Below are positions 1 to 5,975 of a DNA stretch of 5,975 nt, piece after piece. The stretch is from Octopus sinensis. Taxonomy: Eukaryota. The notes beneath the pieces are model-generated. The model saw only the letters and a program-made list of their open reading frames with translations, was not told where the DNA came from and did not search any database. The stretch is taken from the NCBI RefSeq assembly GCF_006345805.1, contig NW_021829569.1:1-5975 (forward strand). The letters run 5' to 3'. A program made the position numbers and the translations under genes. Positions within the stretch are counted from its first letter, which is position 1, and every line of letters begins with the position of its first letter.

Positions 1-34
1 ACTTTCCCTCTCTCATTCGAACGACAAACACGTC

Positions 35-489
35 CTTTCCTCTCGTCATCCTTTGCTCTCTCTTTCACTCTCTCTCCCTCTTTCTCTCCCTCCTCTCTTT
101 GCCCGTGTCTCTCTCTTTCACACACTTTCTCTCACTTACTCTCTCTTTCTCTCTGTGTCTGTCTGGCTCTCTCTCCCTTCCTGGCTTTCTTTCTTTTTCT
201 CACTCTGTCTTCCTCCTTTTTCTTTGTGTCTTTCTCTCTTTCACTCCTTATTTCTAGCTTGCTCACTGTTTTTCTCAATTCCTCTCTCTCTCTCTCTCTC
301 TATCAGTCTCTCTCTCCCTCTCTTTCCCTCTCTATCTCACACTTCCCCTCTCTCTCTCTCTCTCTCTCTTTCACTCTCTATCTCATACTTTCTCTCTCTC
401 TCTCTTTCTCTCACTCACTTTCTCTCTTTTTCCCTCTCCCTCTCTCTCTCCCTCTCTCTCCCCTCTCTCTCTCTCTCTCTCTCTCTCTC
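35..489. repeat. Degenerate (CT)n polypyrimidine microsatellite tract
   Basis: About 450 bp of almost only C/T on the + strand with many pure (CT)n runs; explains the Leu/Ser-rich ORFs 53..493 and 226..510. Confidence 0.97.
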
Positions 490-633
490 CTAATCAGCCT
501 ATCAGCCTGAGCCATTAACCTAAGCATGTAATCCATACTACCCCACACTAAAGATTCCTCTGTAAACCATACCCGTTTCACAGCTGTAGGTTGGCATCGT
601 TTCGGGTAGATGATGTCCGTGTTTGAGCACCAA

Positions 634-647
634 GTGTGTGTGTGTGA

Positions 648-686
<39 letters not shown>
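634..686. repeat. (GT)n microsatellite
   Basis: Near-perfect GT run with two GA interruptions. Confidence 0.98.
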
Positions 687-688
<2 letters not shown>

Positions 689-754
689 TTGCATGTGCAT
701 ATGAGTCGATTTAACGCGAATCTGGAGGCGTCAGTGTAAATATGAATATTTGAA

Positions 755-984
755 TGCGCGCGCGCATACACATAGACACACACACATACACACATACACA
801 CATACACACACACATACACACATACACATATACACACATACCCACATATACACACAAACCTCCACACACACGCACTCACACGCATGCACGTATGTATGTA
901 TATAAGCCTTATATGTATATATTTTCTGTATATATACCTACATATTCTTTATTTATACACCCCCACACCACACATATATATATG

Positions 985-1038
<54 letters not shown>
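755..1038. repeat. Compound (GC)n-(CA/TACA)n-(TA)n microsatellite
   Basis: Short GC run at ~755-766, CA/CATA-rich tract to ~890, perfect (TA)25 at 989-1038. Confidence 0.95.
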
Positions 1039-1039
<1 letters not shown>

Positions 1040-1105
1040 TAGCTGAAGTGACCCGCTCTACGCGCGGGTAAGAGTGTGGTTGTTACTTTCTGTTGCTTCC
1101 TTTCA

Positions 1106-1416
1106 GCACGTAAAAAGCACCATCCGAACGTGGCCGATTGCAGCGCCGCCTTGACTTGCTTCTGTGCCGGTGGCACGTAAAAAGCACCAACCGATCGTTG
1201 CCGCTGCAAGTCCCCCTGGCACCTGTACCGGCGGCACGAAAAAAGCACCCACTACACTCACAGAGTGGTTGGCGTTAGGAAGGTCATCCACCTGTAGAAA
1301 CACTGCCAGATCAGACTGGAGCCTGGTGCAGCCTCCTGGCTTCCCAGACTCCGATCACACTGTCCAACCCGTGCTAGCACGGAAAACGGACGTTAAACGA
1401 TGATGATGATGATGAT
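1106..1416 (+). mobile_element. 5'-truncated SINE/retroposon with internal ~61-67 bp tandem units and (GAT)6 tail
   Basis: GC-rich island with sharp edges; three copies of GCACG(T/A)AAAAAGCACC (1106, 1173, 1234); block TGGTTGGCGTTAGGAAGGTCATCCACCTGTAGAAA (1266-1300); 14-bp palindrome (1369-1382); (GAT)6 tail (1399-1416), a short-repeat tail of the kind seen in RTE-type LINEs and their partner SINEs. Matches my recollection of an abundant octopus SINE. No tRNA head present. Confidence 0.8.
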
Positions 1417-1740
1417 TTTCCGTCTTTGTTTCTCTCTCCTTTCTCTCTCACATTCCCACTCTCTTACTTTTCTTTTCTCTCGGACTCTCCCCCGCTTTCT
1501 CTTACTCTCTATCTTTATCTATATCTCTCCTATTTATAAACAACAGAAGATCTTGAGTAAGTTGAGAAATAAAATATTTAGAAAGATCAATCATAAATAT
1601 CAGGCAGTGGCAACGGAAAGGTCTGCTTCAAGGCAGACAGCAAAACGCTAACATTTAAAAGGGACAGATGAACTTGCGAGCTGAATAAAAATAATAAAAT
1701 ATTGGAAACCAAAGTTTGAAGGGATAGAATCTGAGGATAG

Positions 1741-1988
1741 TAGAGTCACCATGCTGGCATTTCTTAACGACGGACAACAACGTATTGACATTTAACGGCT
1801 GGCGTAAAATTTTGAACTTGATGTTAAAGAAAATTCGTAAACACCAAGTTTTGAAGTGATTCTTTCTCACGACATAGACTCACCATGGCAAGCATTCAAA
1901 ACTTCTTTATCATGGACGGCAACACATTGACGATTAAAAGGCTGGCGCAAATTTTTTAGCTTGATGTGACAGAGAATTCCTAAACACC
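1741..1988 (+). repeat. Degenerate two-copy direct repeat (~105-115 bp units, period ~134-143 bp)
   Basis: 1741-1845 and 1875-1988 align in order: tagagtcaccatg/tagactcaccatg, attgac, ggctggcg, cttgatgt, aattc(g/c)taaacacc. Confidence 0.85.
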
Positions 1989-2208
1989 CGCTCCTTGAAA
2001 TTTTAATCCCCTTCCAGCACCATTTAGACCCCTTTTCACATTTTGGTTAATATAACCCGATTTCATTCGGGTCTACTGGGGCCACATTTTATAAGTCACC
2101 TAGAGGTGACGCCTTTCATTTGAGGAAAAAGATAGTTGTCATGCAAACTTGCCAGCACTTTTAACATAGGTGTGCATATTTTCAGCTGAATCGACCGACT
2201 ACGTAATG

Positions 2209-2213
<5 letters not shown>

Positions 2214-2252
<39 letters not shown>

Positions 2253-2282
2253 TGTATATATATATATGTGTGTGTGTGTGTG
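2214..2282. repeat. (AT)n-(TG)n compound microsatellite
   Basis: AT run 2214-2248, then a short AT run and a TG run ending at 2282. Confidence 0.95.
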
Positions 2283-2384
2283 CACGCATTATATATACAA
2301 ATGTATACAAATGAGATATATATCTGTATAAATGAAATTAGAGATAAAACCACTTATAGGCAAATCAAACAGTGAAAATCCAAA

Positions 2385-2650
2385 ATCAAAAACAAAATAA
2401 TATAATATAGAAAATATAGAAAATATAAAATTGAAAAATTGAAATTATTTAAATTGAAAATAAAAATTATCAAATATATTTATAATTTGTTTAAAAATAT
2501 ATATAACTATGAAAAAGTATGAAAAAGTTTATTATACATAATACAGATATATACACTTTGTATATATACATTATATATAATATTTATATATAGAACACAC
2601 ACAACATACATTATATATACATATTATATATAGAACACACACACACACAC
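2385..2650. repeat. Very AT-rich low-complexity tract
   Basis: A-skewed sequence with local duplications (atagaaaat x2, aaattgaaa x3, tatgaaaaag x2, tatatagaacacacaca x2). Confidence 0.8.
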
Positions 2651-2713
2651 AAATATAAATGAACGCAAGAATATCTGATTCATAATATTTGTTCTCATGC
2701 TCGTGTGTTGTTG

Positions 2714-2885
2714 GTGACAGACAGATACATAAAAGAACGCCGAACTGATGGGAAGGTAGGAAACAGAGTGGGTGAAAAAGAGAGGAAATAGCGAGAGTGA
2801 CAGATACATTAAATAACGGTAGTGGACTTGTCAAAGTTATAAACGAAGGGGAGTGAGAGGGTAATGGAGGAAATAGCGTGAGTGA
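2714..2885 (+). repeat. Degenerate purine-rich tandem duplication (period ~79-85 bp)
   Basis: gacagatacat at 2720 and 2799; gaggaaatagcg(a/t)gagtga at 2782-2800 and 2867-2885 (18/19 identical). Confidence 0.8.
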
Positions 2886-3056
2886 GGAAGATGGCCCCTA
2901 GCAACCACACCTTTTAAGATATGGATTTCTAAGGTAGCCCACGGGCATCGTCACCTCATTCTATATGTCCCTGTAAATTTTGGAGCGAATCGAACGGGAT
3001 TTAGTGGCATTGAAAGCGATCCAAGCGGTAAAAATGCATTTCAGTTTTATATATAT

Positions 3057-3060
<4 letters not shown>
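2714..3060 (-). mobile_element. Possible second non-autonomous Helitron fragment (5' portion)
   Basis: 2965-3060 (tgtccctgtaaattttggagcgaatcgaacgggatttagtggcattgaaagcg...tttcagttttatatatat) resembles from memory the 5'-end block of Lep1-like Helitrons, whose terminus reads TCTATATATATAAA on the element strand; here the TC itself is not visible, only the TA run. Loosely similar to 2169-2196. No 3' hairpin/CTAG end of its own found. Left boundary is a guess. Confidence 0.4.
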
Positions 3061-3124
<64 letters not shown>

Positions 3125-3476
3125 CATACATACATACATATTTACATGCGTCTGTATATAAGTGTGTTTGCGTGCGCATGTGTGTGAACATGCGCACGTA
3201 TATATTCATACATACGCACATATACATGCTCTCATGATACAAATATGCACATGACATGCATGTATACTGATACGTGCATACATACATACACACATACATA
3301 CATACAAACATACATACACACATACATACATATATACATACATACATAATACATACATGCATGCATACATACATACATACAAACATACATACATACATAC
3401 ACACATACATACATATATACATACATACATACATACATACATACATACATACATACATGCATACATACATACATAC
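3048..3476. repeat. (TA)n followed by long degenerate (TACA)n microsatellite
   Basis: TA run 3048-3120 with one interruption; TACA/CATA arrays to ~3476. Source of the MYVC/HTYI-repeat ORFs. Confidence 0.97.
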
Positions 3477-3614
3477 CACCATACGCGAGTATGCACTTAC
3501 ACAATCGGAATTGTGCGCGGTCAGGTGCGTGCACACTCATCTTGACACACGCATATGTAAGTGCTTAGGGTATGTATATGCATAACTTTGTGACAATATA
3601 TAAGTATATATACA

Positions 3615-3656
3615 TGTGTGTGTGTGTTTGATGTGTGTGTGTGTACGTGTGTGTGT
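3615..3656. repeat. Imperfect (TG)n, possibly the internal microsatellite of the adjacent SINE
   Basis: TG run directly upstream of the SINE remnant at 3671. Confidence 0.85.
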
Positions 3657-3670
3657 TTCTGTATTTGCTT

Positions 3671-3840
3671 GTGTATTTGTCCCCCCTCCCACACCACCGC
3701 TTAATAGTCGGTATCGTTTTGTTTGCATCCCAGCAACTTAGCAGTTCAGCAAAAGATACCGATAAGATAAGTACCAGGTTTTAAAGATAAAATTGGCACC
3801 ATGGCCGCAGTCTAATAACTGCAACAAGCGATAAAAGATA
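3671..3840 (+). mobile_element. Decayed 3' half of a tRNA-derived SINE with an internal deletion
   Basis: Colinear similarity to an octopus SINE consensus as I recall it: tttgtccccc, accaccgctt, aacttagcagttcagcaaaagataccgataagataagtaccagg, then a gap, then catggccgcagtc...actgcaacaag and an A-rich aaaagata tail. Family assignment is from memory only. Confidence 0.7.
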
Positions 3841-3842
3841 TT

Positions 3843-4218
3843 ACACACACACACACACATACACACAGAGATACATATACATGCACACACATACTTACAT
3901 ACATACATACATATATACGCACACTTAAATACAGACAGACATATGTACACATACATACACACACATACAAATACATACATACACATACATACATACAGGC
4001 ATTCATACATACTTGTATTTACGTATATGCATACACACATACACACACAAACACACGTACATATATATATATATATACACATACATACATATATACATAC
4101 ATACATACATGCATACATAAATACATACACACACATACATATATACATAAATGCTTTCATACATACGTACGTATACACACATACACACATACACACACTA
4201 GTACATAAATACGTATAC
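3843..4218. repeat. Degenerate (CA)n/(TACA)n/(TA)n microsatellite field
   Basis: Continuous CA/CATA/TA repeats; source of ORFs 3738..4220, 3943..4266 and 4003..4194. Confidence 0.97.
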
Positions 4219-4647
4219 AATGTATTGAAGGGAGAGTATATATTATTTTTTTGTTTTTGTTTTTAAAAAATATTTTATTTATTTTTTATTTTATTGTATG
4301 CACTTTCAATCTCCGATGTTCAAACACAAAAGTCTAAAAGCTTGTTTTTGTTTCATCTTTTTTCTTGAACAACAACAAAAAAAAAAAATAATAATAATAA
4401 TAAATAAGAAAAGTAGGTCAGAAGGTGTGACATACAAAAATAAATCAACACCGAAGCGAAACGAACGAGTGGTGATATTTTCTCATCACATTCCATTATT
4501 TGGCGGAACATCGAACAGTAAAATCTGAAAAACGCATAGATTTATTCAATTGGTTTTAAAAAGAGAAATTTTCGTCCAATAAAGTAGAAACATAAACAAA
4601 ACAAATTGAAACTAATGTCAATCTGAATGTTAAAATAGCTTAAAATG

Positions 4648-4684
4648 TAATGTAAGCGCTTCTGTTAACGAAGCGCTTACATTA
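4648..4684. other. Perfect 15-bp inverted repeat with 7-nt loop
   Basis: TAATGTAAGCGCTTC (4648-4662), loop TGTTAAC, GAAGCGCTTACATTA (4670-4684); exact reverse complements. Confidence 0.97.
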
Positions 4685-4687
4685 TTC

Positions 4688-4735
<48 letters not shown>

Positions 4736-4833
4736 ACATACATACATACATACATACATACATACATACATACATACACATATATATAACTAAAGATAGT
4801 GATATACATACACATACATACATATATATATAT
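4688..4833. repeat. (CTAT)12-(TACA)n-(TA)n compound microsatellite
   Basis: Perfect (CTAT)12 at 4688-4735, switching to TACA repeats, a short unique spacer, then TACA/TA up to the SINE head. Confidence 0.96.
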
Positions 4834-4909
4834 GGGGTGCGCAGTGGCCCAGTGGTTAGGGCAGCGGACTCGCGGTCTGAGGATCGCGGTTTCGAGTCCC
4901 AGACCGGGC
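4834..4909 (+). mobile_element. tRNA-derived SINE head (tRNA-Arg-like), body missing
   Basis: Starts GGGG after a TA run; A box TGGCCCAGTGG (4845-4855); B-box-like GGTTTCGAGTCC (4888-4899); colinear similarity to eukaryotic tRNA-Arg but without a proper acceptor or anticodon stem; similarity ends abruptly at ~4909. Confidence 0.8.
4845..4899 (+). promoter_or_regulatory. RNA polymerase III type-2 internal promoter (A and B boxes)
   Basis: A box fits TRGCNNARYGG; the B box differs from GGTTCGANTCC by one extra T; spacing is tRNA-like. Activity unknown. Confidence 0.6.
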
Positions 4910-4966
4910 TAAAATTGCTGTTTCTCTTCAGAAATCAGCAGAAAAATGTTATTAAAATTCATTAAA

Positions 4967-5678
4967 ATGACAGATTTATCGGACTTTCAAAGAGGTCAAA
5001 TTGTTGGTGCTCGTATGCCAGGCGCTAGCGTAACGAAAACAGCCGAAATGTTTGGTATATCAAGAAGTACTGTCTCGAAAGTAATGACAGCCTTTGAGAA
5101 AGAGGGAAAAACCTCTTCGTCAAACCAAGACTTCTGAAGAAAACCAAAATATTCAGATAGGGACCATCGGACACTTATGCAAATTATTAGAAAGGATCAC
5201 AAAAGTGCAGCTCCCAAGATTACTGCAGAGCTTAATGACCACCTCGAGTACACCGTTCCCACAAAAACTGTTCGCCTGGAGCTGCACAATGCTGGATTTC
5301 ACGGGAGGGCAGCAAACAGAAAACTACTGCTTTCGAAAACAAATGTTGCAAAGTTTTTAGAGTGGACTAAAACCAACAGTGGCAGAATGTTATTTTCTTG
5401 GTCGAGTCATCCTTTACCTTATTTCCGACCACCGGCCGAGTATATGTGTGAAGACAGCCAAAAGAGCATTTGATCCAGACTGCCTTCGTCCAACTGTTAA
5501 ACACGTAGGAGGATCTGTGATGATCTGGGGTGAGGGCTATATCTTGGAAATCTGCCGGCCTAATAGTTTCTTTACATGGCTGAACAGTGAAGACTATTTA
5601 AGAATTTTATCTGATCAAATGGTTGCGGAACTGTTTCCGGAGAGAAATGCAATCTTTCAGGATGATAATTCACCAATT
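4967..5678 (+). pseudogene. Tc1-family (Tc1/mariner, DD34E type) transposase pseudogene, 3'-truncated
   Basis: MTDLSDFQRGQIVGARM..SVTKTAEMFGISRSTVSKV is the first HTH of the paired-like domain. An in-frame TGA (5135-5137) replaces the G of the GRKPK linker, and the same frame continues DRDHRTLMQIIRKDHKSAAPKITAEL..KTVRLELHNAGFHGRAA. After a deletion/frameshift near 5375: QWQNVIFLVESSFTLFPTTGRVYV*RQPK (first catalytic D of FSDES lost; stop at 5449-5451). Further frameshifts, then PTVKHVGGSVMIWG and FQDDNSPI (second D). Homology ends at 5678, before the WP.SPDL/E region. No TIRs visible. Confidence 0.95.
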
Positions 5679-5807
5679 ATGGACCCTCTTTGCTCTCTAT
5701 TTTATGCTACTGGACCCTCAAAACCATTTGATTTTTTAAAATCTTATATTTTTATAATGAAATATTATTAAGAATTGTATAAGAAAACTGATAAGATATG
5801 TTGTGTA

Positions 5808-5975
5808 CAGTAATCCCGCACCATATCACGGTTTACCTATCGCGGTGCACCTATCGCGGTTCACCTATCGCGGTTCACCTATCGCGGTTTATTATTTAAG
5901 CTTACGTCGATTCCTCCGTAGTGTTGCTTTGCATTTATAATAAAATAAATATATACAAGGGTAGACAGACTGTGG
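5808..5975 (+). mobile_element. Left end of a TcMar-Tigger/pogo-like DNA transposon or MITE, probably running off the window
   Basis: TA target dinucleotide (5806-5807) followed by CAGTAATCCCGCACCATATCACGG, similar to Tigger-type TIRs (CAGTAATCCCTCGCTATATCGCGG, from memory), with subterminal TATCGCGG repeats. Partner TIR not in the window; extent beyond 5890 assumed. Confidence 0.65.
5821..5890 (+). repeat. 14-bp period tandem array, ACCTATCGCGGT(TC/GC/TT) x4 plus one degenerate unit
   Basis: Exact ACCTATCGCGGT at 5835, 5849, 5863 and 5877; degenerate CCATATCACGGT at 5821. Confidence 0.97.

Larger units (their letters stand above)
1039..2210 (-). mobile_element. Non-autonomous Helitron: 3' terminus clear, body and 5' limit approximate
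   Basis: The minus strand reads ACCCGC-gcgtaga-GCGGGT-cacttcag-CTAG|T: a GC-rich 6-bp hairpin (1051-1056/1064-1069) 8 nt before a terminal CTAG (1039-1042), followed by T of a TA run. This is the canonical Helitron 3' end. The motif ggtgtgcatattttcagctgaatcgacc (2169-2196) resembles, from memory, the conserved 5'-subterminal block of Lep1-like non-autonomous Helitrons. No Rep/helicase coding sequence and no clear TC 5' end seen. Confidence 0.65.

Noticed and set aside
490-633. Possible small exon in the unique stretch between microsatellites
   Set aside because: No convincing splice acceptor/donor pair and no recognisable peptide; cannot be excluded without RNA-seq.
53-1071. ORFs 53..493, 226..510, 538..885 and 754..1071
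   Set aside because: Translations of CT, GT/CA and TA microsatellites, which lack stop codons in some frames; no domain-like sequence.
1106-1249. Mini CRISPR-like array (three 16-bp repeats with 51- and 45-nt spacers)
   Set aside because: The spacers are homologous to each other, the repeat is too short and not palindromic, there are no cas genes, and it sits in a eukaryotic retroposon with a (GAT)n tail.
1039-1403. ORFs 1039..1248, 1103..1303 and 1164..1403
   Set aside because: They lie within the GC-rich SINE; the repeated peptides simply mirror its DNA tandem units.
2961-4266. Many overlapping MYVC/HTYI-repeat ORFs on both strands
   Set aside because: Artefacts of (TACA)n and (TA)n arrays.
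4298-4528. ORF 4298..4528 and its poly(A)/(AAT)n stretch as a retrocopy tail
   Set aside because: The peptide is low-complexity (QQQKKKIIII from simple repeats), and no upstream element or target-site duplication is recognisable.
4648-4684. Rho-independent terminator
   Set aside because: Eukaryotic context, no upstream gene and no U-tract after the stem.
4834-4909. Functional tRNA gene
   Set aside because: A and B boxes are present, but I cannot form a proper acceptor stem or a canonical anticodon arm; it fits a SINE head better.
5094-5360. ORF 5094..5360 as a separate gene
   Set aside because: It is an alternative frame overlapping the Tc1 pseudogene, with no recognisable motif.
4946-5771. 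Active transposase or programmed frameshifting/readthrough
   Set aside because: Two premature stops, several indels, loss of the first catalytic Asp, absence of the C-terminal Glu region and no TIRs indicate ordinary decay.
5821-5890. CRISPR or iteron-like repeats
   Set aside because: Head-to-tail 14-bp units with no spacers, directly after a TA|CAG transposon-type end.

Overview
Eukaryotic, AT-rich, repeat-dominated non-coding DNA with no intact host gene. The SINE-like pieces resemble octopus repeats as I recall them, so an octopod cephalopod origin is likely (an inference, not searched). A large part of the window is simple repeats (CT, GT/CA, TA, TACA, CTAT), which account for nearly all long ORFs in the track. 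Between them is a patchwork of mobile-element relics. These are a minus-strand Helitron 3' end (hairpin + CTAG|T at 1039-1069) with a probable body to ~2210, interrupted by a 5'-truncated (GAT)6-tailed SINE (1106-1416); a second possible Helitron fragment (~2714-3060); a decayed SINE 3' half (3671-3840); a tRNA-derived SINE head (4834-4909) joined directly to a Tc1 transposase pseudogene (4967-5678); and a Tigger/pogo-like left end with a 14-bp tandem array (5808-5890). I see no convincing new biological system. The leads most worth checking are the SINE-head/Tc1 chimera, a possible composite Helitron and an isolated perfect 15-bp inverted repeat.
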